A stretch of DNA of 64,000 nucleotides from an uncultured bacterium (GTDB lineage Bacteria; Patescibacteriota; Dojkabacteria; J137). A program made the translations under genes and the position numbers. Under the pieces are notes generated by a model. The model made no database searches, was not told the DNA's origin, and was given only the letters and a program-made list of their open reading frames with translations. This document shows, one piece after another, positions 35,799-45,889 of the stretch (the stretch's first letter is position 1; each line of letters starts with the position of its first letter). Location: the NCBI GenBank assembly GCA_963700155.1, contig OY969472.1, positions 680,690 through 744,689 of the forward strand, written 5' to 3'.

Positions 35799-36089
35799 AT
35801 GGATTATGAATTGATGCTGTTGTTAAGACCTTTGACTAATGAAGATATAAAGGAGAAAGTTTTTCCCAAGATTGAAAAAATAGTTAGCAATCTTAAAGGT
35901 AAGATTGAAATAAAAGATTCAATTGGAAAACGAATGCTTGCATACGATATTGATGGATTCAAAGAGGGGTTCTATTTGGTTTGTAATTTGAATATTCCAA
36001 GAGAGAATATTGAAAAGTTAGAAAAATCATTCAAGTTAATGAATAACGAATTAATTAGATTCTTAATGTTAGATACTAAAAAACTCTAA
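35799..36089 (+). CDS. rpsF: 30S ribosomal protein S6
   Basis: MDYELMLLLRP... and rpsF-ssb-rpsR synteny. Confidence 0.85.
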   Translation: MDYELMLLLRPLTNEDIKEKVFPKIEKIVSNLKGKIEIKDSIGKRMLAYDIDGFKEGFYLVCNLNIPRENIEKLEKSFKLMNNELIRFLMLDTKKL

Positions 36090-36116
36090 ATTTAACTAGT
36101 TTATTAATTTAAGGAT

Positions 36117-36584
36117 ATGTCAAAATCAAGATCACTAAATAAAGTAATGTTGATTGGTAACTTAACAAGAAATCCTGTATTAAGAGAAACTGCAGGTGGA
36201 GTTATGGTTTGTACTTTTGGTTTAGCAACAAATACAAGCTGGAAAGATAAGAGTGGCGAATTTAGGGAAAAAGCTGAGTATCATAACTTAATAGCATTTA
36301 ATAAGTTAGGAGAGATTTGTGCTCAGGTTTTAGCTGTTGGAATGCTTGTATATGTAGAAGGTGAGATAAGAAATAGGGTAACAGAAGGAGATGATGGTAA
36401 GAAATATTATAAAACAGAGATCAAATTAAATGATATGTTTGTAATGGATAGTAAAGGTAAAAGAGGAGTAGGTATTGAAGCTGCAATGGAAGGAAATAAT
36501 TTTAGAGATGAGAAAGGAACTCCAGATGAAAAAGAACATAATGATTCGACAGAAGATGAGTTAAAGAGTGAAGATTTATTTTAA
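36117..36584 (+). CDS. ssb: Single-stranded DNA-binding protein
   Basis: OB-fold SSB sequence (LNKVMLIGNLTRNPVLRET). Acidic C-terminal tail ending DLF. Confidence 0.85.
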   Translation: MSKSRSLNKVMLIGNLTRNPVLRETAGGVMVCTFGLATNTSWKDKSGEFREKAEYHNLIAFNKLGEICAQVLAVGMLVYVEGEIRNRVTEGDDGKKYYKTEIKLNDMFVMDSKGKRGVGIEAAMEGNNFRDEKGTPDEKEHNDSTEDELKSEDLF

Positions 36585-36607
36585 TTAAATAGTTTAAATA
36601 ATATTAT

Positions 36608-36859
36608 ATGGCAATGTTTTCAAAGAAAAAAAAGAAATTAAGGACACAACCACAAATAAATTTAAAGTGTCCTTTTAATAATGATCCAACAAGGATTGAT
36701 TATAAAGATATTCAAACTTTAAAAAAGTATATAACAACAAGAGGCAGAATTCTTCCAACTTCTAAAACCGGTGTTTCTGCAAAATGTCAGAGAAAATTAG
36801 CTTTGTCAATAAAGAGAGCTAGATATATGGCGCTTTTGCCATTTACACAATATGTCTAA
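36608..36859 (+). CDS. rpsR: 30S ribosomal protein S18
   Basis: S18 signature ([21 protein letters not shown]...[19 protein letters not shown]). Confidence 0.9.
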   Translation: MAMFSKKKKKLRTQPQINLKCPFNNDPTRIDYKDIQTLKKYITTRGRILPTSKTGVSAKCQRKLALSIKRARYMALLPFTQYV

Positions 36860-36908
36860 AGTATTAAACTTGTAAGATTGTAATCTTATAACTTAAGATT
36901 CATTTTTA

Positions 36909-38159
36909 TTGCAGTTTTACTGTATGAATAATAATCAGAAAATAGATAGGAATGCTATTCCTTTCATAATATTAATAGTATTGATTCTTGGAATTCTTCT
37001 AGGCTATCTGGCTACCTCAATAATAAATGGGGCAAAAGCGCTGAATAGTACCTCTGATACAACATTATCTACTGATTCTTTTTATGATCAGAAATATTTA
37101 GCTAACATATACAACATTTTGAATCAGTCTTATTTAGGGACTATCCCGGATAATACAAAAGTTACAGAAGGGCTTGTTAAGGGATTAATTAGCAGTTTAG
37201 ATGATCAATACACTGTATATCTTACCCCAGAAGAAGCTGCAGAATATAATAAATCTAAAGATCCTGATTTTGAAGGGATTGGAGTTTCATTAAAATATGA
37301 CGGAAGCAATACTGAAGTTGAGACTGTTTTAGATGATAATCCAGCACAAAAAGCAGGTTTAAAAGTTGGAGATGTTATTGCTGAAGTTGATGGAGTAAGT
37401 GTTCTAGGTGATTATCCAACACTAGTAGCTGGAAAAATAAGAGGAGAAAAAGATACTACAGTAAGTATAAAATTATATAGAAAAGAAAGTAATGGTGAGA
37501 ATAAGCTAATTCAATTCAATATAAAAAGAGACACAATAAATATTGATAATATTAATTATGAAGATTTAGGAAACGGTATTTTCAAAATTAATATAAAGCA
37601 GTTTACTGATAGATCAGCAGAAGCATTTAATGTCAGTTGGGATAAGGTTGTTAAAGAAGTTATTGCAAAAAATCCTTCTCCAAAAGGAATAATAGTTGAT
37701 TTAAGGAATAATCCTGGAGGATATGTTTATAGCTTAAGATTTGTACTTGAAGATTTCTTTAAGAACGGAGTCACTTTGATGTCGGAAGAGAAGAAAAATA
37801 CTGATACTACAGTTTATAAAGATGAAAGGATTGGTAGATTTGAAGATACTCCAATTGTGGTTTTAGTAAATGAAGGAAGTGCTTCTGCTTCAGAGATATT
37901 TGCTTCTGCAGTTCAGGATAATAAAAGAGGTGAAATTGTTGGTGAAAAAACAGTTGGAAAAGGAGTTGAACAAACATTAGTTAATCTAGATGATAATTCA
38001 CTTCTGATAATGGTTTTCCAGAAATGGCTGAGACCTAATGGTAATCAAATAAATAAAGATAATCCGATAACACCTGACTATATTGTTGATTATACTGATT
38101 CTGATGTAAAGAAGGGAGTGGATCCTCAGTTGAATAAAGCTTTAGAACTGCTTAAATAA
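36909..38159 (+). CDS. Carboxy-terminal processing protease (S41 family, with PDZ domain), membrane-anchored
   Basis: PDZ region (GIGVSLKYDG...GLKVGDVIAEVDG) and the S41 catalytic region (GSASASEIFA; DLRNNPGG). Confidence 0.8.
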   Translation: MQFYCMNNNQKIDRNAIPFIILIVLILGILLGYLATSIINGAKALNSTSDTTLSTDSFYDQKYLANIYNILNQSYLGTIPDNTKVTEGLVKGLISSLDDQYTVYLTPEEAAEYNKSKDPDFEGIGVSLKYDGSNTEVETVLDDNPAQKAGLKVGDVIAEVDGVSVLGDYPTLVAGKIRGEKDTTVSIKLYRKESNGENKLIQFNIKRDTINIDNINYEDLGNGIFKINIKQFTDRSAEAFNVSWDKVVKEVIAKNPSPKGIIVDLRNNPGGYVYSLRFVLEDFFKNGVTLMSEEKKNTDTTVYKDERIGRFEDTPIVVLVNEGSASASEIFASAVQDNKRGEIVGEKTVGKGVEQTLVNLDDNSLLIMVFQKWLRPNGNQINKDNPITPDYIVDYTDSDVKKGVDPQLNKALELLK

Positions 38160-39248
38160 TTATTCTTTCCTAAGCTCTAAAGATACTTCGTTAATAATTT
38201 CGTCTAAATTACCATCCATTACTTCTGCAATGTTAAACCAACTTTTATTAATTCGATGATCTGTAATTCTTCCTTGCGGAAAATTATAAGTTCTAATTTT
38301 AGATGATCTGTCACCTCCTTTTATAGATTCTTCACGAAGATTTTGTACATTGCTTGAATTTTTTTCATCTTCAATCTGTTGCAGCTTACTTGCTAGAATG
38401 CTTAAAGCAACTTCTTTATTTTTGATTTGTGACTTTGTATTTTGACATGCAACTGTAATACCCGTTGGAAGATGAGTAACTCTTACAGCTGAATCAGTTG
38501 TATTTACTGATTGACCTCCAGGTCCACTTGAGCGGTAAACATCAATTCTAATATCATCTGGATTAATTTTAAAATCAGCTTTTTCTACCTTAGGCATGAC
38601 AACGAGTGAAGCTGTAGATGTGTGAATTCTGCCGGAAGCTTCTGTACTTGGAACTCGTTGAACTCTGTGAACCCCACTCTCAAATCTAAAGACGCTGTAA
38701 GCTTCCGGCTCGTCAACAAGCATTACAACTTCGTTAATTCCACCTTCAGCATTATAGTCAATAGAATAAATTTCAGTTTTGTAACCCTTCAAGACACAGT
38801 ACTTAGAATATGCCCTAAAAAGCTCCTCAGCGAACAGTGAAGCCTCAATTCCGCCAACTCCGGGTCTGAACTCTAAAATTGCTTTTTTATTATCATTAGG
38901 CAGAATTTTTTTAGTTAAAAATTCTGCCTCTTTAATATCTTTTAATATTTGTGATTCAAGTGTGTTAATTTCTTCTTCAGCAAGTTCTTTCATATCTTCA
39001 TTTTGAAGTAGTTTTTTTGTAGAATTTAATTCCTCTAGATTTTTGGATAGAGCAGTAATGATCTCTTTCAATTTCAAAGCTTTGTTATATTCTTTTAATT
39101 TTTGGATATATTCATCACTCTGGTAACCTTTGTTAGAAGATATCTTTTCTGATTCTTTTAAAAGTGAAGATACTTGTGATTCTAAATCTTGTAGATTAAA
39201 TCTGCCTAAAATTTCGACAGCTAACGAAGAAATATCAGTAATGTTCAT
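38160..39248 (-). CDS. prfA: Peptide chain release factor, RF1-type (PxT-type tripeptide PST; GGQ motif)
   Basis: GGQSVNTTDSAVRVTHLPTG. The tripeptide region RVQRVPSTEASGRIHTS matches RF1 (PxT) rather than RF2 (SPF). Confidence 0.75.
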   Translation of the reverse strand: MNITDISSLAVEILGRFNLQDLESQVSSLLKESEKISSNKGYQSDEYIQKLKEYNKALKLKEIITALSKNLEELNSTKKLLQNEDMKELAEEEINTLESQILKDIKEAEFLTKKILPNDNKKAILEFRPGVGGIEASLFAEELFRAYSKYCVLKGYKTEIYSIDYNAEGGINEVVMLVDEPEAYSVFRFESGVHRVQRVPSTEASGRIHTSTASLVVMPKVEKADFKINPDDIRIDVYRSSGPGGQSVNTTDSAVRVTHLPTGITVACQNTKSQIKNKEVALSILASKLQQIEDEKNSSNVQNLREESIKGGDRSSKIRTYNFPQGRITDHRINKSWFNIAEVMDGNLDEIINEVSLELRKE

Positions 39249-39252
39249 ATGA

Positions 39253-39570
39253 TTACTTTACCTGGCTAAGCATATCCTTTAGAGTTAGAGGTTTGTTTTG
39301 ACTAGCAGCCTTAAGTTTTCTAGCTTCTCGTTTTTCTTTTTTATTCTTTATTACTTTAGTATTAGTTTCTGCAGCAGTTCTTTTCTTATTGAATTTGTCT
39401 ACTAAGTTATCAGTATCAACTAAAGTTTCTTTCCCTGTATAAAAAGGATGACAATTAGAGCAAAGTTCAACTCTGATACCATCTACTGTAGAGCCTAGAA
39501 TATACTCTTTCTTGCAAGTACTGCAAACTATCACTGTTTTTTTGTATTCTGGGTGTATTCCTGTTTTCAT
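39253..39570 (-). CDS. rpmE: 50S ribosomal protein L31 (Zn-ribbon type) with a Lys-rich C-terminal extension
   Basis: MKTGIHPEYK...CSTC...CSNCHPFYTG. Confidence 0.85.
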   Translation of the reverse strand: MKTGIHPEYKKTVIVCSTCKKEYILGSTVDGIRVELCSNCHPFYTGKETLVDTDNLVDKFNKKRTAAETNTKVIKNKKEKREARKLKAASQNKPLTLKDMLSQVK

Positions 39571-39711
39571 AAATTTTATTAATTTAATTTCCTATTAATC
39601 GTGTTAGAATTATATCTGTTTCAAGCCAAATAGTAAAGAGCAAAGAAGTAGATATTTATTAATATCTAAGGGCTTTTTAACCAGAATTTTAATTATAATT
39701 TGTAATATTAC

Positions 39712-40257
39712 ATGAACATTAAGAAACTCTCAAAATCATCTATCTCAATAGAAAGTTCTTCAGAAGACGCAAAAATAGAATGCTTATTTTATAATGGAAC
39801 AATTGTTTCAAAATTAAAATTGCCTTCAAGAGTAATAGAAATTAGTAAACCAGGGGATTATGAATACAATCATATAGGCTTCACAGGATTTGAAGTAACA
39901 AATGATGGATATAAAGGGATTATTAACTTGTGTAAAATTATTATGGAAGAGATTAAGATAGCAATAGTTTTTAGTGATTTTGAAATAAATAAAGATGTTG
40001 CTTCAGAATTAGTAAATATTGATATTTTAATAACTCCTTACTTTTCCGGAAATAGATTGAAAGAACATATCTCTGACATTGATCCAAAATCTTTGATATT
40101 ATTAGAGAAATTTGAAAACTCAGTGGAATTTAATGTAGAAGATATTAAGAAAACTTTAGGGGTAGGGCAAGTTGTTGAAGCAACAAGTTATAAATTCAAA
40201 AGCAGTGACTTTCCTAGCTCTGATGAATATACTTTAACGAGTCATATTCTAAAATAA
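39712..40257 (+). CDS. Hypothetical protein, 181 aa
   Basis: ORF track only. No recognised motifs. Confidence 0.35.
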   Translation: MNIKKLSKSSISIESSSEDAKIECLFYNGTIVSKLKLPSRVIEISKPGDYEYNHIGFTGFEVTNDGYKGIINLCKIIMEEIKIAIVFSDFEINKDVASELVNIDILITPYFSGNRLKEHISDIDPKSLILLEKFENSVEFNVEDIKKTLGVGQVVEATSYKFKSSDFPSSDEYTLTSHILK

Positions 40258-40307
40258 CTAAATGATTTGCACTTACTTTTACTCGTACCTTTTTAAAATA
40301 ATTAAAA

Positions 40308-41633
40308 ATGGATAGAGTTCCGCCACACAATATAGAAGCAGAAAGAGCAGTAATTGGTTCAGTTCTGATTGATAATCAAGTTTTGAATAAAATCGCGGAT
40401 ATTCTTATACCCGAATGTTTTTATGATACAAGACATGCAATCTTATTTGAGAATATTTTAGAACTTTACAAAGAAAACAAGCCTGTTGATGTTCTTACTT
40501 TAACTTCAATCTTAAAAAAGCAAAATAAACTTAAGCAAACTGGAGGTTCAGCTTATCTTTCTGACATTATTTCTTCAGTTCCAACTTCAGCAAATGTTGA
40601 AGCTTACGCAAATATAGTAAAAGAATCATTTATTAGAAGAAAATTAATTTCATTTGGAGCTTTAGTAGATGAAACTGGTAGAAAAGAAGATGTTAAATTA
40701 GATGAAATTTTAAATGATGTTGAAAAAGAATTATTTTCTCTAACTGTAGACAATACGGCAAGAGATTTTTTTGATTCACAGACTCTTTTAGACTTGCAGA
40801 TGCGAAGGGCTGATGAATTTGCAAAAAATCCTAATGCACTAAGAGGTTTAGCAACTGGTTTAAAATCTGTTGACGATATTTTGGGCGGGCTGCACAAATC
40901 TGATTTGATTATTCTTGCAGCCCGCCCAAGTGTTGGTAAAAGTGCTTTCGCGTTTGATGTTGCTAGAAATATTGCTGTGAATGAAAAAAAGTCTATAGCA
41001 ATATTTTCGCTTGAAATGCCGGCGGTTCAGGTGATTGAAAGAATGCTTGCTCAGCAAATAGAAGTTGACCTATGGAATATTAGAATGGGGAAAATGTCAG
41101 ACAGTGATTATAAAAAATATGCGGAAGGGGCCGGAAGACTTGCAGAATCAAAAATATTTGTTGATGACACTGCTGGTATTAATATTATGCAGTTAAGAAG
41201 TAAGACAAGAAAGTTGATGATAGAGCATGGTTTGGATTTAGTAATTGTTGACTATCTACAGCTTATGCAAGGAACTTCAAAAACAGATAATCGAGCGCAG
41301 GAAATTGGAGAAATTTCAAGATCACTTAAAATTTTAGCGAGAGAATTAGATATTCCGATAGTAGCTTTATCTCAGTTAAACAGAGCAGTTGAGAATAGAG
41401 ATAATAAAATTCCACAACTTTCAGATTTAAGAGAATCGGGTTCAATAGAACAAGATGCTGATTTAGTTATGTTTCTAAGTAGAGAATTGATACTAGATGA
41501 AGGGGATAGTAATGCTATAAATGACCAAGTTATTAAAGTTGATCTTCATGTTGCAAAACATAGAAATGGACCTGTTGGGAAAGTTCATTTGAATTATATA
41601 GGGAAGCAGACAAAATTTAGAGATGCTGCGTAG
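40308..41633 (+). CDS. dnaB: Replicative DNA helicase DnaB (TAG stop)
   Basis: DnaB N-terminal domain, Walker A ARPSVGKSAFA, RecA-like motifs (IVDYLQLM; SQLNR). Confidence 0.9.
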   Translation: MDRVPPHNIEAERAVIGSVLIDNQVLNKIADILIPECFYDTRHAILFENILELYKENKPVDVLTLTSILKKQNKLKQTGGSAYLSDIISSVPTSANVEAYANIVKESFIRRKLISFGALVDETGRKEDVKLDEILNDVEKELFSLTVDNTARDFFDSQTLLDLQMRRADEFAKNPNALRGLATGLKSVDDILGGLHKSDLIILAARPSVGKSAFAFDVARNIAVNEKKSIAIFSLEMPAVQVIERMLAQQIEVDLWNIRMGKMSDSDYKKYAEGAGRLAESKIFVDDTAGINIMQLRSKTRKLMIEHGLDLVIVDYLQLMQGTSKTDNRAQEIGEISRSLKILARELDIPIVALSQLNRAVENRDNKIPQLSDLRESGSIEQDADLVMFLSRELILDEGDSNAINDQVIKVDLHVAKHRNGPVGKVHLNYIGKQTKFRDAA

Positions 41634-41690
41634 TGAAAAATTTCTTTCTTTATAATATAATACTGCCAACCGCAAATTGTATATTCATAA

Positions 41691-41774
41691 GTCGGAGTGG
41701 TGGAATTGGTAGACACGCCAGACTCAAAATCTGGTGCCAGCAATGGTGTGTGGGTTCAAGTCCCACCTCCGATA
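41691..41774 (+). tRNA. tRNA-Leu(CAA), type II (G1·U72)
   Basis: Acceptor GTCGGAG/CTCCGAT, anticodon stem CCAGA/TCTGG with loop CTCAAAA, long variable arm, T-arm GTGGG-TTCAAGT-CCCAC. Confidence 0.75.
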
Positions 41775-41840
41775 TTTATTGTTACTAATGTAGTAAAAGA
41801 ATTGATTTTATTTTAAAATAGCATGAGTTAAAAATTTTAT

Positions 41841-42560
41841 ATGATAGATTTCTTAATCCAGCTTTTAGATTCTAATATTAACTTCCAATCTATTGGTATA
41901 TTTTTACTTCTGTATTGTTTCTCAATTTGGATCTTACTTTGTTTTTGGGTTTTTGTTGATGCAAAAAAGAGATACGAGAAAACTTTAACAGGAATAATTT
42001 TCTTTTTTATAGTTCTAGTATTTAATTTTCCAGGTTTGATTTTTTATTTAATAATTAGACCTGAGGGGAAGGAAGATAATTTTTTCTACCTACAGGGAAA
42101 TGATACTTTAACAGAAGCAGGAAGAATCCAAGAAGGTGTGAGTGTTCCTATTGTCAATTTCACAGATGAAAATGGGGAGGTAAATCTAACTTTCCAGCTT
42201 AAGTTTAATAAATCTGCTGAATCTGAAATGCAAGATAAAAATTTCCAGTTAGATATTGATTTACCAAAAGATAAAAGTATTGAAGTTATTCAACCGGTGG
42301 AACAGCCTATGGAAAAAGAAATAGTGCAAGTTATGGAAGAAAAGGTTGAACCTGAGAGAGTAGGATTTTTAAGTGTGTTATCTGGAACTTTTACTAAAAT
42401 TAAAAATTTACCAAAAAGAAGATCTAATAAAGTAGAACGTGTAAAAGAGAATACAGAAAGAGAAGAGACTAATAATATTAAATCTGCTAAATCTTCAAAA
42501 TCTGAAGAAAATACTTCCAAAAAACATAAAAAGAATAAGAGTAAAAAGAAAAGAAGATAA
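41841..42560 (+). CDS. Small membrane protein with a PLDc_N-like N-terminal domain (two TM, conserved W...D) and a long Lys/Glu-rich C-terminal tail
   Basis: IWILLCFWVFVDAKKRYE resembles the phospholipase-D-nuclease N-terminal membrane domain. Low-complexity charged tail. Confidence 0.4.
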   Translation: MIDFLIQLLDSNINFQSIGIFLLLYCFSIWILLCFWVFVDAKKRYEKTLTGIIFFFIVLVFNFPGLIFYLIIRPEGKEDNFFYLQGNDTLTEAGRIQEGVSVPIVNFTDENGEVNLTFQLKFNKSAESEMQDKNFQLDIDLPKDKSIEVIQPVEQPMEKEIVQVMEEKVEPERVGFLSVLSGTFTKIKNLPKRRSNKVERVKENTEREETNNIKSAKSSKSEENTSKKHKKNKSKKKRR

Positions 42561-42673
42561 TTCCAAAAATTAACTAGTTAAAGTTTTCTTTTGTATGTAT
42601 TTTTAATTGTATTAAAATATAATGCAATTAATATGTAGAACAGGGTAAATGTAATATTTTAAAAAAAATATAG

Positions 42674-44029
42674 ATGCGCAAAAGTACAAAAGTTAAAAGA
42701 AAACTAATTGATACTGATAAGTTAGAATTTCTTGTAGCAAAAACTAAAGTAGGGAATACACTCCTTAGATATTTTAGGAGTAGAAAAGCAAACAATAAAA
42801 CTAAGTATAAATCGAATGGATTAAATATATTTGGACCGATAAGAAATTTTTTCTTTACAAGAAAAAATTTCTTCCAAAGAATAATACTAGCCGGAGTTAT
42901 TGTTGGAATAATAGGAATTGGATTTGCATTTATCAGACAATATAATTCAATAAATTTTCAGCCATTTTTAACAGATACGCAAGATAATTCAACCCTTGGA
43001 TATTTCGGTCCTGAATATAATGTTTTGTTAACAGGATTTAAAAAAGTCTCTAATAACAATTTTGCTCAGATGATACTGTTAGTTTCTTTAAATTCTCAAA
43101 CAGGGAATATGAAAGTACTTTCAGTAAATCCGCTTTTTATTACAACTTCTCCCATCTCAGGGAAAAAGTATACCTTAAAAACTTTAATAAATAATACTGG
43201 AAGTACTGATAAGATGTATGCATATTCAGAACAAGTTGAAACATTTCTTGGAGTTAGAATTGATAGATACATAGCTTTCGATATAAATGATTTGGAAACT
43301 TTGCTTTCGAATTGGGACTTTTCTATGCAATCAATTGACAGTTTTAATTCAACTGTAGGATTTTATGAGAAAGGTGCAACTTTAAAAAAATTGGCTTTAG
43401 GTGATTATCTTTTTAATCAGGATTCACAAAATTCGTACGATATGCTGATTAATAGACAGCTTTCGTTTTTTACTCAATTTGTTGAAGATAATAGAAGCAT
43501 AATTACCTATCTTAGAGCTTTCTGGTCAGCTGACAATTTAACAAAGATTTTTTACACGAATATGTCTAAAGAAGAGATGTCAGGATTTTTATCTGCCCTG
43601 ATGAGTTCGAATCTTCCTGCAAAGACTGGATTAATTAATACTACTTTAGGAGCGAAATCTTCTACCGGATCGGAAGAAGGTTTCGCTCCTAATTATTTTG
43701 AGTTTGATGGAGCAATAAAAGACGTTATGCTGAATATTGATATTGTAAGAGAACAAGCAAACTTAGAAATTTATAACGCAAGCAAAACTTCTGGTCTTGC
43801 TTCAAAGATTAAAAGGATTTTTCAGGATATTGGAATTAATGTTATAAATACGAATAATTATCCTGAAAAATCCTCAGGAATAAAGCTTTATGTTCCAAAT
43901 AAAGATCCTGAAAAGTTTCCTTCGACAATAAATGCAATCAGGTCTTATTTTAATGATAATATTGATATAATTATCGGCAATTATAAATATAACTATACTG
44001 GTGATTTAATTTTAGTCTTAGGAGAATAA
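42674..44029 (+). CDS. Divergent LytR-CpsA-Psr (LCP) family protein with a C-terminal LytR_C-like domain. Cytoplasmic basic N-terminus plus one TM.
   Basis: LCP-core-like segment QMILLVSLNSQTGNMKVLSVNPLF (canonical R/D not obvious). C-terminal LEIYNASKTSGLASKIKRIFQDIGINV resembles LytR_C. Confidence 0.45.
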   Translation: MRKSTKVKRKLIDTDKLEFLVAKTKVGNTLLRYFRSRKANNKTKYKSNGLNIFGPIRNFFFTRKNFFQRIILAGVIVGIIGIGFAFIRQYNSINFQPFLTDTQDNSTLGYFGPEYNVLLTGFKKVSNNNFAQMILLVSLNSQTGNMKVLSVNPLFITTSPISGKKYTLKTLINNTGSTDKMYAYSEQVETFLGVRIDRYIAFDINDLETLLSNWDFSMQSIDSFNSTVGFYEKGATLKKLALGDYLFNQDSQNSYDMLINRQLSFFTQFVEDNRSIITYLRAFWSADNLTKIFYTNMSKEEMSGFLSALMSSNLPAKTGLINTTLGAKSSTGSEEGFAPNYFEFDGAIKDVMLNIDIVREQANLEIYNASKTSGLASKIKRIFQDIGINVINTNNYPEKSSGIKLYVPNKDPEKFPSTINAIRSYFNDNIDIIIGNYKYNYTGDLILVLGE

Positions 44030-44031
44030 AA

Positions 44032-44781
44032 ATGTCTGGACACTCAAAGTGGAAAAATATACAACGAACAAAAGGAGCAAATGATCTTAAGAAAGCATCA
44101 GTTTTTACAAAAATTTCTAAAGATCTTGCTAATGCTGCCCAACTTGGAGGAGGATCTGACCCTAATAGTAATTTCTTATTAAGAGTTCCTCTTGAGAAAG
44201 CAAGAGCAGCTAATATGTCGAATGATAAAGTTGAGAATGCAATAAAAAGAGGACTAGGAGAACTTAAGGACGAAAAGATTCTGTATTCAAATACCTATGA
44301 AGCTTATGCCCCTGAAGGTACAGCTTTATTGATAGACTGCTCAACTGATAATCCTACAAGAACTATTGCTGAGCTTAAGAATATTATCTCAAAAAATAAT
44401 GGGAAATTTTTGAATGAAGGTTCTGTCTCATGGAAATTTAAAGAAGTAGGAAGAATAGTTTTTGAGCCTATAAATCAGGAAAATATTGAAGAGGATTATA
44501 TTATGAAGATTATTGATCAAGCGGCAGTTGAAGATATTGATATAATAGATGATGAAGATTCTAAGGTGGTTGTAATAGTAGTTAGGAAAGAAGATTTGAA
44601 AGCTGTAAATGATTTAGTGATAAGTCTTTTTGATGATTCAGTAAAAATTATTGAGACTGGAATTGTGAAAATCACAGATCAGTATAAAAATAAATGGAGT
44701 AGTGAATTAGAAGATTTTATTGATAAAATCGAAGAGCTACCTGAAGTAGATAATGTCTGGACAGATGCAGAAGAAGATTAG
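44032..44781 (+). CDS. yebC: YebC/PmpR-family DNA-binding protein
   Basis: MSGHSKWKNIQRTKGANDLKKASVFTK is a near-invariant YebC N-terminus. yebC-ruvCAB synteny. Confidence 0.9.
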   Translation: MSGHSKWKNIQRTKGANDLKKASVFTKISKDLANAAQLGGGSDPNSNFLLRVPLEKARAANMSNDKVENAIKRGLGELKDEKILYSNTYEAYAPEGTALLIDCSTDNPTRTIAELKNIISKNNGKFLNEGSVSWKFKEVGRIVFEPINQENIEEDYIMKIIDQAAVEDIDIIDDEDSKVVVIVVRKEDLKAVNDLVISLFDDSVKIIETGIVKITDQYKNKWSSELEDFIDKIEELPEVDNVWTDAEED

Positions 44782-44800
44782 ATTTTCAAAATAAATTTAA

Positions 44801-45316
44801 ATGAAAAATGTTAGAGTAATGGGAATTGATGTTGGATTTGCTATTAATGGCTGGTCAATTGTAGATAAAGATCCTTCATTTAAAAATGGTATGAATCTTG
44901 TGGATTATGGTGCAATTCTTACTGAAGCTAAAACTCCAATAGAAGATAGATTAGCAAAAGTTTATGAAGAGTTAAATGATTTAATAATAAGGTATACTCC
45001 TGATATGATGTCTGTCGAAAACCTTTTCTTTTTTAAGAATCAAAAGACGGTAATTAATGTAGGTCAAGTTAGGGGTATAATTTTACTAGCAGGTAAATTA
45101 AATAATGTTGATATTCATAGTTATACTCCCTTACAAGTTAAAACTGCAGTAACAGGATATGGAAGAGCAGATAAATCTCAGATTCAGAAAATGGTAAAAC
45201 TGATTTTTGGATTGAAAGAAATTCCAAAGCCTGATGATGCCGCAGATGCTATAGCTGCAGCAGTATGTGATATAAATAATATGAAAATATCTAATATGAA
45301 TGAATTCAAAATATGA
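44801..45316 (+). CDS. ruvC: Holliday junction resolvase RuvC
   Basis: MGIDVGFAINGWSIV (RNase H-like fold start; the true start may be the Met at 44819). Overlaps ruvA by 4 nt. Confidence 0.85.
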   Translation: MKNVRVMGIDVGFAINGWSIVDKDPSFKNGMNLVDYGAILTEAKTPIEDRLAKVYEELNDLIIRYTPDMMSVENLFFFKNQKTVINVGQVRGIILLAGKLNNVDIHSYTPLQVKTAVTGYGRADKSQIQKMVKLIFGLKEIPKPDDAADAIAAAVCDINNMKISNMNEFKI

Positions 45317-45888
45317 TTTCATATATAAAAGGTGAGATTCAATATGTAGATGATAACTCAGTAAGTGTTCTAGCTAATTCAATTGGTTGGAGTATTCATG
45401 TATTTATTCCTGAACAGTATTCAATAGGTCAAATTATAGAATTTTACGTCTATACTCATTTCAGAGAGTCAGAAATTTCATTATGGGGTTTTAAGACATC
45501 TGAGGAGTTAAAGTGCTTTAAAATGCTTATCAGCGTTTCAGGGGTTGGTCCGAGAACAGGTCAGACACTTGTTGGAGATAAGGGGGTAGATCAAGTATGT
45601 TATGCTATTGTTAATAACGATACTAATACTTTAAAAGTTCCAGGGGTTGGGTTAAAGACAGCGCAAAGAATAATTATTGAGTTGAAGAATAAGGTTAAGA
45701 ATATAAATTATAATGCGAATGGAGATTTGGGTCCTGATATAAATGAAGATAATTATTCAGATCTATATGATGCACTAACAACTTTAGGATACAAATATAA
45801 TGATATAAAATCTTTTGTTTCTAAATTAGAAAAAGAAACTGAATTAACTACAGAAGAGCTTATAAAAATGTTCTTACGGAGCAATTAA
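45313..45888 (+). CDS. ruvA: Holliday junction branch-migration protein RuvA
   Basis: MISYIKGEI...; HhH motifs (LISVSGVGPRTGQ; VPGVGLKTAQRII). Confidence 0.85.
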   Translation: MISYIKGEIQYVDDNSVSVLANSIGWSIHVFIPEQYSIGQIIEFYVYTHFRESEISLWGFKTSEELKCFKMLISVSGVGPRTGQTLVGDKGVDQVCYAIVNNDTNTLKVPGVGLKTAQRIIIELKNKVKNINYNANGDLGPDINEDNYSDLYDALTTLGYKYNDIKSFVSKLEKETELTTEELIKMFLRSN

Positions 45889-45889
45889 T